A stretch of DNA of 64,000 nucleotides. Origin: the human T2T-CHM13v2.0 reference genome, Homo sapiens. Shown one piece after another: positions 38,584-52,325 of this stretch (the first letter of the stretch is position 1; each line of letters opens with the position of its first letter). The DNA is taken from NCBI RefSeq assembly GCF_009914755.1, contig NC_060926.1; one strand, given 5' to 3'. Position numbers and translations under genes: made by a program. Below the pieces are notes generated by a model. The model did not search any database. It was given only the letters and a program-made list of their open reading frames with translations, and was not told the origin of the DNA.

Positions 38584-39063
38584 CTGTGTGGCCAAGCAGA
38601 AGGACAAAGGGTCAGGTCACAGAGCAGAGCACTGTATGATGGGACAGTCTACGCATTGTACTGGCGTGCCTAGCCAAGGGGGTGGGGGCAGCTGGCATCC
38701 AGCCTGTGCCCCACTGGCCAGACTGCCTCCACCAGGAGGAGAGAAGGGACCGAGTCATGTGCCCTGCGCTGGGCCTGCCCAAAGGGGGCACCTTTTAATT
38801 CTCCCCAGGGTACCATCACAGCTAACTGTGGTCCTGGGGTCAGGACAGTCTTAGGGCTGCTCGTGGCTCTGGGGAGCCAGGGTATACCCCAGCCCAGCCC
38901 CCAGCTGAGGAGAAGGACACACCTGTTGACAGCTGACATGGGTTACATGAGGCTTGGGGCCAAAGGCATGGAGAGAAAGGGGGGGCATTCTGCAAGGCGG
39001 TGATTTTAGGAAATTCCAATCCTGGGGGCGTGAGTCCTGCCGCCCCTCCTGCCTGGTGCCTAC

Positions 39064-39209
39064 CGCCGACGGGTTGTGTAGCCTGATCTGCCTCTCCGAG
39101 GTGCAGCCCACAGCAACAGAGCCAAAGTACAACAGCTTCTGGAAGCCCTCGGCATCCTGGTCCTCCGGGCACTTGTGCTTTATGCTCACCAGCAGCTGGG
39201 CGCACTTGG
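39064..39209 (-). CDS. CFAP65: CFAP65 exon 9
   Basis: KCAQLLVSIKHK...RLHNPSA; 146 nt. Confidence 0.94.
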
Positions 39210-39480
39210 CTGGGGCAGAGATGGGGGAGTCTTGGGGGAACCCACCAGGGCCTCTGTGGCCCCAGCTGAACAGCCCCTCGAAGAAGGCAGGTGGCCCCAG
39301 GGAAAATTTAGCCTGTAACATCATGGAAGACAAAAGGCAAAGCCTTCTGGGCTTGGGGGAGGGCAGGAGGCCGGTGGAGGCGGGGGCCAGGCCAGATGGG
39401 AGGTGGGGGACACTGAGGCCTGGAGGACCCAGAAGGTGCAGGAGGGGCCAGTCTGGGGACGGTGGGAGGTTGGGCCTCAC

Positions 39481-39680
39481 CCACAGCCTGCAGCTGGATG
39501 CTGCTCCTCTGCCGGCTGCCCGCCCCGTACCAGCACGTGGCCTGCACCTCGTAGATGACGGCTGTAAGGGGCTGAAAGGTCACCTTGATCTGAGAGGCCT
39601 GGCCTGGCTCCAGGAGCCCCGTGGCGGGCAGCATCTGGAATGGGCTGGAGAACTCCCAGGTGAAGAAGGTGGGCAGGTCC
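39481..39680 (-). CDS. CFAP65: CFAP65 exon 8
   Basis: DLPTFFTWEFSSPF...SIQLQAV; 200 nt. Confidence 0.94.
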
Positions 39681-39863
39681 CTGGGGGTGGGGGGCAGGTC
39701 AGGGCACTGGGCTCCCGGCCCCTGCTCCTGCAGTAGCAAGTCAGGGATGCTGGGCAGAACCTCAGACTACCCTACCCCGACAAGGGTATGCCTGTCTCTC
39801 CTGCTTCCAGACACCCTCCTCACAGCTCTTGCTCTCCCCGCCGCACCTCAGCCTCTTCCTCAC

Positions 39864-40033
39864 CCCACATTATCCAGGCAGAAAAAGGCCTCAGTCGTAT
39901 CTCCCACAGCACACATGGGCAGCTGCAGGGATGGTGGGCGGCAGATCAGCCTGTGGCAGGGCAGGGTGGCCCGTAGGCCGACACAGAACATCCCCTCCGC
40001 TTTCTCAAACCACAGCTGGTCCATGTACTCCTT
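39864..40033 (-). CDS. CFAP65: CFAP65 exon 7
   Basis: KEYMDQLWFEKAEG...FFCLDNVG; 170 nt. Confidence 0.94.
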
Positions 40034-40286
40034 CTGCAGTGTGAGGCGGGGCAGGGGCAGTCACCCATCAGTGGCATTCAGGGACTGCACATCCCGCCCA
40101 CCCTCAGCCACCCCCAACACAACCGCTGAGGGGAGGGCCAGGCCGTGGCACCCACGTCAGACTCTGAGGGGAGCTGGGCACCTATGTTGTCTTGGTCTCA
40201 AACATTAGAGCCTCTTTTGTGGAAAAAGTATTTTGAGGAAATGTGGGTGGGGAGTGGCAGGAAGAGGCCAAGGAATGTAGAAGGGG

Positions 40287-40287
<1 letters not shown>

Positions 40288-40317
<30 letters not shown>

Positions 40318-40595
40318 TTGAGTCTCGCTCTGTCACCCAGGCTGGAGTGCAGTGGTGAGATCTCAGCTCACTGCAACAGCCGCCTCCCGGTTCAAGTGAT
40401 TCTGCTGCCTCAGCCTCCCAAGTAGCTGGGACTACAGGCATGTGCCACCATGCCTGGTTAACTTTTGTATTTTTTAGTAGAGGTGGGGTTTCGCCATGTC
40501 GGCCAGGCTGGTCTCGAACTCCTGGCCTCAAGTGACCTGCCTGCCTCGGCCTCCCAAAGTGCTGAGATTCCAGAAGTCAGTCACCGTCCCCGGCC
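40288..40595 (-). mobile_element. Alu (AluS-like)
   Basis: Poly(T) followed by reverse Alu body. Confidence 0.92.
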
Positions 40596-40844
40596 ACGGA
40601 ATGTAGGACTTTCTGATGGCCAATATAATATCGCAGCCTTTACCCCCAGCATCTCCTGGGGAACGCCCTCTGTCTAATGAGATGAGGGGCTAAGCCCTTG
40701 ACGGGGCCTCCCAAGCTGGATTGCTGCTGGAGCGGGCAGCATGTGTGTGTGCCGGGGCGCTCCTGGTTGCTCTGTCCTGTTTTCTGTTCTGAGGTCACTG
40801 CTCCCAGGTACCTCCCTGCCCTCACTCGCTGTGGCAGACCTTAC

Positions 40845-40947
40845 CGCCTCCAGAGGCCGGAAGACGATGGGGAGCGTGAGGGTTATGCCTGGGCTCAGGA
40901 AGATGGGCTGAGGGATGACCGTGAAGAAGAACTTGGTCTTGGGGGGC
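40845..40947 (-). CDS. CFAP65: CFAP65 exon 6
   Basis: [34 protein letters not shown]; 103 nt. Confidence 0.94.
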
Positions 40948-41389
40948 CTGCAGGAGAGAGCCGGTGGGGAGCACCTCAGATCAGGGCTCAGAACAACTGG
41001 AAGAGGCAGGAAACGAGGGAAGCCCTGCAGCCAAGGGAGCTTGAGTCCCTGGGACCACAGAGAAAGCGATCAGGAGATGAGCACGTGGAGATGGAAACTC
41101 AGGGGTTTGGTCACAAGAGGACCCACCCTCCTCCTCCCCCTCCTATTCTCAGAGATCTTCACTCTGAACAAAAGGGGAGTAGTGTTTGTACCTCTGATGA
41201 GCATGGAGGCCTGAGAGGGACAGGGACAGTGAAGGGTTACCCAGATTTTAAAGAGTCCGCAAGCACTGAGGTGGGGGAACCAAGGCTGAGGAGGGTGGGA
41301 CCGGGGATGCCTTTCCAGAGACCTCAGCAGAGCTGTAGCATCCCACAGTGGGTCAGAACCACAGCTGCTGCAGACTTTCAAAACATTAA

Positions 41390-43705
41390 TAAGACAATGA
41401 CATTGTCAGCAACTTTACACCAACAAATGTTTAAATTTAGATGAAAAAAATTGCTATAAAATATAATTTACCAAAACTGACCCAAGAATTGTACAATAAA
41501 TATTATGGCTGCTCTGCCTAAAAACACCAAAGAAATGGAATGAGTGGTCAAAAATCTTTCCACAGGCCAGGCACAGTGCCTCACATCTGGAATCCCAGCA
41601 CTTTGAGAGGCTAAGGCGGGAGTATCATTTGACCCAGGTGTTTGAGACCACCCTGGGCAACATGGCAAGATGCTGTCTATACCAAAATTTTTTTTAAAAA
41701 ATTAGCCAGGCATGGTGGTGCATGCCTACAGTCCCAGCTACCTGAGAGGCTGAGGAAGGAGGATTGCTTGAGCCTAGGAGGTCATGGCTACAGTTAGCCA
41801 TGTTAATGCCACTATACTCCAGCCTGGGCAAGGGAGTGAGACCCTGTCTCAAAAAAACAAGAAAGAAAGAAAAGAAAGAAAAGAAAGAGAAAGAAAGAGA
41901 GAGAGGAAGAAAAGAAAGAAAAAAAAGAAAGAAGAAATTAGATAAACTTTAATGTGTGTTTATGAGAAAGACTCTCAGCAAAGCAGGAATAGAAGAATAT
42001 TCCCATAATCTGACAAGGTGTACACTTTTACAGAAACCCTACAGAAAATCAATCCTACCAGACAGCTTAATAGTGAAACATTGCAGTCCTTTACTCTGAG
42101 ATGATAAACAAAACAAAGATGCCTCTATAACCACTTCTGTTCAACACTTTTCTATTTAACAATGCAGTAAGGAAAGCCAAAGGTGTAAGGACTAGAAAGA
42201 AAAAAAAATGTCATTTTCCATTTAAAATACAAATGTGTGCATGAAAAAACAAGAAAATTAACAAATAAATTATTAGAATAAGAGGATTTGCCAAGATCAC
42301 TGAACATAATACCTATATAAAAATGACATTTTAAAAACTAGCAACAAACAGAAATAAAACAACTAAAAAATATGTCATATATAACAACAGCAAAAATATA
42401 AAATACTTATGAATAAATCTAACTAAGGATGTGCTAAATGTCTATGGAGAAAACTTTACACTCTATTGAGAGACAGGAAAGATAACCTAATGAATACAGA
42501 AATAGCCCATGTTCATGGAGTAAAAGACTCAATATTATAATGATATCATTTCTCCTCATATTCATCTATAGGTCCAATTAAATCCCAATCAAAATCTCAA
42601 GAAGTGTTTTATGTGCATGTATGATAAGCTGATTTGAATATTTATGTAAGAGATCAAAGGGAGGGCCAAGAATAGCCAAGACAATCTTGAAGAAGAATTA
42701 AGTAGGAGGACGTATACTACCAGCTATCAAGACTTACTATTCATAAAAATCAATTCCATATAGACAAAAGACAAATATAAAAGGCAAAAATATAAAGTCT
42801 TTAGAAGATACTAGAGGAAAATATCTTAATGACCTAGGGGTAGAGAAGGACTTCTTAGGAGAAGCATAAAAAAGCACCAATCATAAAATAAAAAGACTGA
42901 TAAAGTTGATACCTTTAAAATTCAACTTTGAACTTTTATTCTTCAAAAGACACAATAAAGGGAGTAAAGACAAATCATAAGATGAGAGAAGATATCCACA
43001 ACGCATAACTGGCAAAGAGTTTGTAATTGGGATAAGAACTTATACCAAAAAGAAAAAAGACAAGATAATGTAAGAGAAAAATGGCCACAGACTTGATCAT
43101 AAATTTCACACATGAAGAAATGCAAAGTGTCAATAACCTACAAAAAGACACTCATCCTCATTCATTAGTAATCAGGGAAATGCAAATTAAAACCACAAGT
43201 TACCATTACTGGCAAAAATTTTAAATTCTGACAATAGCAGTTATTGGTAAGGATGTGGAGGAATGGGAACTCTCTAATGCTGCTGGTGGGTGTCTAAAGA
43301 AATCCATGCACTTTGGGAAATAGTTTGGTTTATCTACAGCAAGTGAACAGGTACATGGCCCAAGCCTCCGCAATTCTACTCCTGCGTCTATTCCCCAGAA
43401 AAGACAGAAGGTGGAGCAAGGTGGTGGAATAGAAGGTTCCATCCCGCAAGGTCACCAATTTAACAACTACGCAGGAAAAAAAAAAAAAAAACCTTCATAA
43501 GACTCCAAAATCACGTGAGCCTTCATAGTACCTGGTATTCCCCAGAAAAACTCTTGTACTTATGTAACTGGACACATATACACGAATGCCAACAGTCCCA
43601 AATAGAAACAGCCCAAACTTCCTTCATTCTGGATGAATACATTATGGTACAGGCACACATTGGGACACTATACCACAATGAAAAATAATGGATTATAGCT
43701 GCATA
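41390..43705 (+). mobile_element. Decayed old L1 (L1M) ORF2/3' fragments, interrupted by an Alu
   Basis: A-rich; L1-like segments such as CCATGTTCATGG...AAGACTCAATATT, AGAATAGCCAAGACAATCTTGAAGAAG, AATCAGGGAAATGCAAATTAAAACCACA. Confidence 0.8.
41565..41937 (+). mobile_element. Alu (AluJ-like) with (AAAG)n tail
   Basis: Dimer 41565-41850 followed by a purine microsatellite. Confidence 0.9.
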
Positions 43706-43854
43706 ATTATTCATACTGCACGTATTTTAAACACTCACTGGCTTTTATATGGCATGTTAAAGGTTTTTTTTGTTTGTTTTGTTTTGTTTTGAAGAGAGCC
43801 TGCTTTCGGGGCTCAAGGCTGTGGCACTGGGTCCTTGATCCCTTATACTGGTAC

Positions 43855-44039
43855 CTGTACTTCATCTTCTGGAGTTTCAAGGATCGATTTTTCAGAACCA
43901 GATTCCTTGTGGTCTCCTTTCCTAGCTCCCAGCCTTTCCAATGCAGCTCCTCAGCCACCTCAATGCCCCAGATGACCCTCTTGTTCACTCTCTCCTGCTT
44001 CTTTGGGGAGTGCATCTGAGTGTCCATGGAGCTTGCGGG
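43855..44039 (-). CDS. CFAP65: CFAP65 exon 5
   Basis: PASSMDTQMHSPKKQERV...LQKMKYR; 185 nt. Confidence 0.93.
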
Positions 44040-44742
44040 CTGTTCAGGTGGCAGGGAGAAGGGGGAGCAGAAAGGATGTATCAGCAGGGTGGGATGCCAA
44101 GACCCAGAGAACAGGTGAAGGTCTTCGTCCTCCACCACCAAGAAAATAAAAGACAAGAAGAAAAACGATGATTGACACCACCCCTCACCCCTTGGGGATG
44201 GTCTGGAGACAGATGGTGAGAGGCAGGTAGGCCCTGAAGTCAGACATCACGTCTTCCAAGACTGGAACTGTTTTGCAACTAGAGCCCCTGCCCCTGAAGC
44301 CTTCCCTGGGCGGCTCCATCAGCCACTCTGTGCAAACACACAAATGCAGGCTTCTGTTCTGTTCCTCAGTGCACCCTCAGATAGCACCCCATCAGGTGCC
44401 TCCTCCCCTCTTCCTCCTCCCAGTCCTGCCCCTTGCTACACATGCCTCTCCTAGCTAGAGCAGTCTATCCCAGGCCCTTTTCCAGACCACATTTCCCTCT
44501 GCACCATTCCCTCTCCCATTCCTCAATTGGCTGGTGGGGCAGAGGAGGAGCCAATTTGCTTGCTGTTCACCCCACCCATCCCCTGCCTTCTGGGGCCACT
44601 CCAAGTGCTGCTCCTGGTGATTGATGCTAGTGCTGCCATGTGCGGCGTCTCCATCTATAATGGAAAATCTTTCCATAGGCTTATCCATCACCCCTTTCTA
44701 GATGAAGAAGGAGGGGGCATGGAAACCCCCCTGGGGCAGTAA

Positions 44743-45170
<428 letters not shown>

Positions 45171-45248
45171 TAAGGATATAGTCATTCATTCAACAAATAT
45201 TTTTTGAGTACCTATCATGCACCGGACACTGTGCTAGGTGCTGGGACT

Positions 45249-45379
45249 ACAATGGTGAACAGGACTGACAAATCCCTTTTCTCTTGGAGCTTACATTCTC
45301 AGTTTCAATATTTACTGAGTGTGTCTGATGGCCAATATACTATTTTCTTTCCTGAGTCACCTATGGAAGAAAGGTGACA
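45249..45379 (+). repeat. 131-bp dispersed direct repeat, copy 1
   Basis: Ungapped alignment to 46477-46607 with 7 mismatches (manual count). Confidence 0.92.
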
Positions 45380-45484
45380 TGCATGATGGGAGGTAATTTA
45401 CTATAATATCAGTTGGTGCATCAGTCAGTGTCTAGGCAGGAAAACGGAAGCCACTCTGAATGTTTAAAATAGGGAATTTACTGT

Positions 45485-46035
<551 letters not shown>

Positions 46036-46476
46036 CTAGCTCAGAGCAGAGCAGGGAAGGGCAGTGAGTGAATCCAAGGGCAAACAGGCCCGGAATGGCA
46101 CAGAGGACAGAGATGTCTTTTAAAACATGACCCTCAGTCCACAGGGAGGCAAGGGCAGCACACCTAAGGAGCTGGGCACCATACACCATACAACACAGAC
46201 ACACACTGCATCATACACAAAGCCATACCCATAGTCAAACCCCTGGACAGCTGCATCATCACATAGAGAGAACTACAAAGAGCTGCAAAAAGTAAACAGT
46301 ATCCATACATTATTGGTCAAACACAAAGTCCTAGGGGTCAAGGCCGGAAGAACTTCCTGAGGAAAGAGAAATCCTGGCTATCCAACCAGCCTCTGACTCG
46401 TTCCTCCCTGGCACTCTCCTACCCCACGGCCTCTCAGGCACTCACTGCTCCCAGCACTCCAGTGTGCTTGGTGATA

Positions 46477-46607
46477 ACAATGGTGAACAGGACTGACAAA
46501 TCCCTTTTCCCTTGGAGCTTACATTCTCAGTTTCAATATTTACTGAGTGTGTTCGATGGCCAATATAGTATTTTCTTTCCTGAGTGACTCATGGAAGAAA
46601 GGTGACA
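46477..46607 (+). repeat. 131-bp dispersed direct repeat, copy 2
   Basis: See copy 1. Confidence 0.92.
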
Positions 46608-46749
46608 AGGAAAGTCTAGACAAGGTCTAGTGCTCAGATGCAGAGGGAAGAGTCAGGGCCTCTCAAGATTCCCACCCCACTGCCCTGCCACCCATGCCCC
46701 GCCCTGGCCCTGCCACACCCTGCTCTGCCTGCCCTGGCTGTATCCTTAC

Positions 46750-46953
46750 CTGGGCGCTGATGGTGCTGCAGGCACTCATGGCTGCACTGCTGTCGTTGAT
46801 GGCAGGGATGGCCACTGTGCTGGCACTCAGGCAGGATCCACCAGAGTTCACGGTGTGGTTCCTGCTGTTCCTGGACCTCACGACGGAGCTTGGAGCCTGG
46901 GTGAGCATCAGGTCCTTGGGACACAGTCCAAAGGGAGCACTCTGAGTATGGAG
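46750..46953 (-). CDS. CFAP65: CFAP65 exon 4
   Basis: LHTQSAPFGLCPKDLMLTQ...CSTISAQ; 204 nt. Confidence 0.93.
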
Positions 46954-47270
46954 CTGGGAAGAGAGCAGAGGGGAGAGGAGACAGGAGTGACATGAGAAAG
47001 AGAGGCTGAGGGAGGAGACTCTCATGGCCATCCTTGTCATGGAGGAGAGGGTCTGCTTCCCAGCTCTGGCAACAGGTGCTACCTGGCACCATGAGGAATG
47101 AGGCTGTACACGAGATCCAGGGCTTTGCCTGGGAGCCCAGGGACTCACCCTCAGGGAAGGCACTCCAAAGAGGGACTTGGGGACAAGGCCCACCCCACTA
47201 GGCCCCTCCATGGCCACACTTGGCACTGCTCAGCAAGCTCCAGTGGGTGTTACTGAAGTGTGTGCATTAC

Positions 47271-47423
47271 CTTTATCTGGCTTTTACTCTCTGCTTGTTT
47301 CTTCTGAACACTCTTGCCTCTTAGGAGAAGAGGAATAAGGGGGAAAGAAGAGGCAAATGAGACTGATGGATTCTCTACCTTCTGGGTTTTCTCCACCAGT
47401 CTACAACCGGTTAAGGTAAACAT
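47271..47423 (-). CDS. CFAP65: CFAP65 exon 3, first coding exon of the 1925-aa isoform (ATG 47423; acceptor boundary 47425)
   Basis: MFTLTGCRLVEKTQKVENPSVSFASSFPLIPLLLRGKSVQKKQAESKSQIK; 153 nt; GTAATG donor. Confidence 0.88.
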
Positions 47424-47532
47424 CACTGAAATAAATCAACCAAAGCATAAGTCAATCCATCTCCAGAGCAGAGGGATCCTCGATGACTGTAGCTGAAATC
47501 ATATGCAAATATATGTGGCACATATATTTGTA

Positions 47533-47568
47533 TATATGCCAGATGCTATGTATATGCCAGATGCTATG
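47533..47568 (+). repeat. Perfect 18-bp tandem duplication TATATGCCAGATGCTATG x2
   Basis: Direct reading. Confidence 0.9.
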
Positions 47569-47924
47569 TATGCATACATGTCTGTTTTCCAGGAGGAATG
47601 GCCACAGTTTTCACCAAATGCTCAAGAGGATGCTTGACCTCAATCTAAGGCACACAAAGTATCTCAGACTAGCTCTGGCTCCCTCACCTCGAATCCCCTC
47701 TTCCTTTAGCTGGCTTCTTTTAGCACACACACTCAAGTGTGACTTTGTTACCTCGACAAAAGGACAGCAATTTTCACACTCACACACCAAGACTAAGCCA
47801 GCCCCACTCAGGCACATGTGGAAGTGGTTTGCAGATCCCTATAATGACTTACCTCAAATGGTTCATCTCTGATTTCCCTTTACACTTGACATGAAGCCAT
47901 CATGCATGAAATCATAGAACATGG

Positions 47925-48235
47925 CACTGCCCCCCAAAATATAATGCAATCCACATGTGTACTTTAAAACATTCTGGTAGCCACATTAAAAAAGTAAAAA
48001 GACACAGGTAAAATTAATTATAATGATATATTTTATTTAACCCATCATATCAAAAATACTACATTGAATATGTAATCGATATGAAATTATTGAGGTACTT
48101 TACTTTCTTATTTTGTATTAAGACTTTGAAATCTGGTGTGCATTTTACATTTACAGCACATCTCAATTTGGACTACCCATATTTTCAGTGCTGAATAGCT
48201 ACATATGGCTATTGGCTACCACATTGGACAGCATC
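47925..48235. mobile_element. MER33/MER3-like hAT DNA transposon
   Basis: Same GTAGCCACATTAAAAAAGTAAAA core as 34822-35148; ends ATTGGACAGCA. Confidence 0.75.
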
Positions 48236-48386
48236 ACTTTAATACCTTTTTTGAACATATGTTTATTTTTCAGACTACTCAGTATCCTCCCTCACTTCTT
48301 CAAATAACAATCTCAAAAATAATAATGTCTATTAACATGTACTGAGAATCCACGTGCCAGGCAGTGTTGTAAAGTCCTTAGAGGGA

Positions 48387-48388
48387 TT

Positions 48389-48420
<32 letters not shown>

Positions 48421-48511
48421 GACAGACTCTCATTCTGTTGCCCAGGCTGGAGTGCAGTGGCAAGATCTTGGCTCACTGCAACCTCCACCTCCCAGGTTCA
48501 AGCAATTCTCC
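48387..48511 (-). mobile_element. 5'-truncated Alu (right-arm end)
   Basis: (TTTA)n tail followed by a partial reverse right arm. Confidence 0.85.
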
Positions 48512-48885
48512 CTTACAGGTATTTTAATTCTTACAACAGTTTATGATTACGTGTGACTTGCCCATTTATTTGGCCTAAAATGATCCTTTTTCAAGTTTGT
48601 CGTTTAGTTCCTTATTTTAATGTGTTCAGATTTAGCAAACAATTTCATGATCACCCTTTAGGAATTTATACAGTTCCATCAGACACTCTCTTATCCCTCC
48701 CCCACCACCCACCAACACCCTTCCAAAGCGGAAGATTCTGTTGACCCTGGTTTTCCTAGTTGGCAACATGTCTAAACCCTCTGGAGGGGACTATCTAGAT
48801 TCAGTCGTTCGTTCATTCACAAAGCACTTACTATTATGTACCAGGTACTGTGCTAGGCACCAGACAAGGCAGGCAAGGCTCCTAC

Positions 48886-48931
48886 CTCCAATTGTGAACT
48901 GGACGTTCAGATGAAATCAAAGAAATGTAAG
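48886..48931 (-). other. CFAP65: CFAP65 exon 2 (46 nt, 5'UTR of main isoform)
   Basis: TCTCTCTGTGTCTCCTCAG acceptor and GAG|GTAGGA donor. Confidence 0.75.
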
Positions 48932-49856
48932 CTGAGGAGACACAGAGAGAGTCCATTACTTTTCTGCCACGGGATGGTCTTGCAGCCCTGTCCTGACTCA
49001 TTAATGCCTCTGACCTCAGGGGACTGTACAGACAGCTCCTGCCTCAGAGCTCTGAAAAAGTCTCCACTCAACACATGAAACTATTCCAGAGAGTGCATGG
49101 AAGAGATGAGAGATGATGGGGTAGAAAGCTGGTCCAACACAGGTCATAGGGCTAGGGAAGTGGTCCCAGGGCAAGGGACGCTGGGTGCCAGCATCTTCTC
49201 AGACTCTACGGGGATAGGCAAATTTCTCCATCTCCCGGAGCCTCAGCCTCCTCGCCTGTAAAATGTGGGTTATCCTGACGATTTCACAAAGTCGATGTGC
49301 AGCTCGAATGAAACAGAGGATTTGAAAAAGCACTAAACAAACACATGTTATAGTAATTAACAACCATAACTTTCCCACTAGCCTGCACTATTCTTCCAAA
49401 AGACTCACACATCTGCAGTCGTTGTGAAGAGACTGGGCAAGCGAGGTTTTTTGTTTTGTTTTGGATTTGTTTTGTTTTAAATTGAAGTTTCCAATTTCGA
49501 GGACTTTAAAAAATATATATCATGAGCTTCCTTTATTTGCCTAATTGCTGATCTAAAAATCTCCAAGATGACCACTAGAAAAAGTGGCAGGTCGTCGTAT
49601 AGAGTCGAGGGAGAAAGAAATAGATGAAACAAAGGGGGACAAAATACACTTAGAGCTGTTTCTTCTTTCTCTTCGGGATCCTTAGTCTGATTGATCTCGC
49701 CCAAGACTCAGTACCATGGGGCTCTCTGAAGGGCATGGAGGGGACCTCTGGCCACGATTTCCCGAAGGATAGGGTCTCCCGGGACAGATACCTTCCCTGG
49801 CCACTCGCGCCGCTCCCTGAGACCCTGGGACCTTGGGACTAACGCTCAGAACTTAC

Positions 49857-49926
49857 ATCGCCTCCATATTGCCGTCTCCATAGATACAGGACGCGCAGGA
49901 AACGGCGTCTTCAGATATCCCAGGGC
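49857..49926 (-). other. CFAP65: CFAP65 exon 1 (5' end approximate)
   Basis: GAT|GTAAGT consensus donor at 49856, within a CpG-enriched patch containing X-boxes. Confidence 0.75.
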
Positions 49927-49929
49927 AAC
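49874..49929. promoter_or_regulatory. Two RFX X-box motifs at the CFAP65 TSS
   Basis: GTCTCCATAGATAC (49874-49887) and GATATCCCAGGGCAAC (49914-49929). RFX boxes near the TSS are typical of motile-cilia genes. Confidence 0.75.
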
Positions 49930-51498
49930 GACGGCAGCCCGAGTAAGTCAAGATTCGTAGAAGGCGAAGGCACCGCCCAATTTTATTTCCTATATTCAGT
50001 TTTGATTCCCTGACTTTTCCTGCTGGTAGTAACTGTGGGCTTCTACCTGTCGCGACATGGTAATGTAGAGCCTCCTAGTTGTCGTGACGTTCCAGCAATC
50101 ATGACTTTAATTGACGACCAAATTCACAGGAAGCTACTCTGTGGGCTTGGCACTCTGACATGCATAGAGACAGAAGCTCATTCTCTGTGATTGCAATTGT
50201 TAACTTAAAAGTAGCCCGCAGTTATTTCTTATTTGAATATTGCTTTGCAAATAGAACCCTTTTGCTGATGAGAGGGAATGCGTCCTCTGCGTTTTCTCCC
50301 GGCATTTCTTCTTGGTCAGCAACAAGAAAAATAACTCTTTTGAAGGGGTCGGAAGGTTAACGTATAAAGGAATTATTATACATAATGTAGACTTTCGGAA
50401 GCCCATTGGTTCATTTGTTGGTATGTGTGTTGGAGGAAGGGTCCTATTTTGTGAAGACTCCTTAGTAGGTGAAGCTGAAAGTCTCAAAGTTCACTCTTGG
50501 GTAACTAAGGATGTTTTGCTCCTCAAGACAGTGAACCTATTTCCTTTCAGATGGAAGGGGGGATGTGACTAGGGGGAGAGAGCTTAGTGAGTCTAGGGGT
50601 AAACACAGAAAATAAGCTATCATTTTGGGAGAGTTGGAGTTGACTTGTGAAAGGTGAAAGATGGACTGAGATGGCAAAGTGGCCTGAGCTGGCCTGGGAG
50701 ATCACATGGCCAGAGACTGGCAGGGCTGGAGGGAAGGGGCAGGCAGGGCGCCTGGTAAATTACGCCAGCAGGATCAAGAGTTTTCCGGGAATCAAAGAAT
50801 GTGGAACTCAGTGAGCTTTTCCCTGGATTTAATGGGATTCTCAGAATCTGAAACCTGCACTTTGGACATGACGACTTTTATGCTGTTTGTAGTTTCTATA
50901 ATTATTTCCTTTTTGTTTTTCCCCAAATTCTTTTTGAAATGGTCAGCCTAACTCAGCTGGACCTTAAGGACAAGGAAAGGAACTGGTTCATTCTTAGGCG
51001 AAAATGAAATAGGGACTTTGGGGGCAGGGTTTGGTGTTGGCCCCAGGAATCTCAGTGGGAAAACTCCAAGGAGGAAGAACAGCTCATGCTAAAGGCGTCC
51101 TCGTGCCTCTTCACCGGGGAGTCTCCTTCCTGAGCTCTTGCCTGCTCAATGGTGGATTCTGGGTTTGGAAAAATTAAAGGGAATGGTTCCTCCTCTTAGC
51201 AGGGCCCCTGTAGCCTCTGCTTCTGTAAGCGTCTAGCTGCCTCCTAGAAGCCCTGATGCCTAGTGACCACAGCTGACATCAGTGGACTCCCAGGGAGAAG
51301 CCTGTGTGCTGGACTTTGCCCAGGGAGGCACACACATGGAAAGAGCCTTCACAAGGGATTGAGCCTGAGGAGGGAAAAGAGGAAGCTGAGTTTGCTTTGA
51401 AACTCTCCCTTTCCAGGAGCCTAGAACCAGTGGAATAATGGGTCCTGGGACCTGTTGATCATATTTTCCCTGGACCCAAAAATAGATCATGGGAGAGG

Positions 51499-51993
<495 letters not shown>

Positions 51994-52258
51994 CTAAGCT
52001 TCTTTTTCCCAGATATCTTCCCACACCTCTATGCCCCCCATCATATAGAGAAGACCCAGGGCTGGGAAATCAGGCAGACCTGAGATTAATCCCAACTCTA
52101 TTACCAACTGCCTGTGTGACCTTGGGCAAGTCACATGACCTCTCTGAGCTTCAGTTTCCTCATCTGTTACCTGGGGATAATTCTCAAAAGGCAGGTGGGA
52201 AAATTGGGTGATAAGGTATGTGTAAAGTACTTGACACATGGTAGGCAATCAACAAAAC

Positions 52259-52282
52259 CTCTCTCTCTCTCTCACACACACA

Positions 52283-52323
<41 letters not shown>
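52259..52323 (+). repeat. Compound (CT)n(CA)n microsatellite
   Basis: Direct reading. Confidence 0.95.

Positions 52324-52325
<2 letters not shown>

Noticed and set aside
35797-41444. Long plus-strand ORFs (287, 243, 260, 248 aa)
   Set aside because: Antisense shadows of GC-rich CFAP65 exons and short introns; no recognisable protein features.
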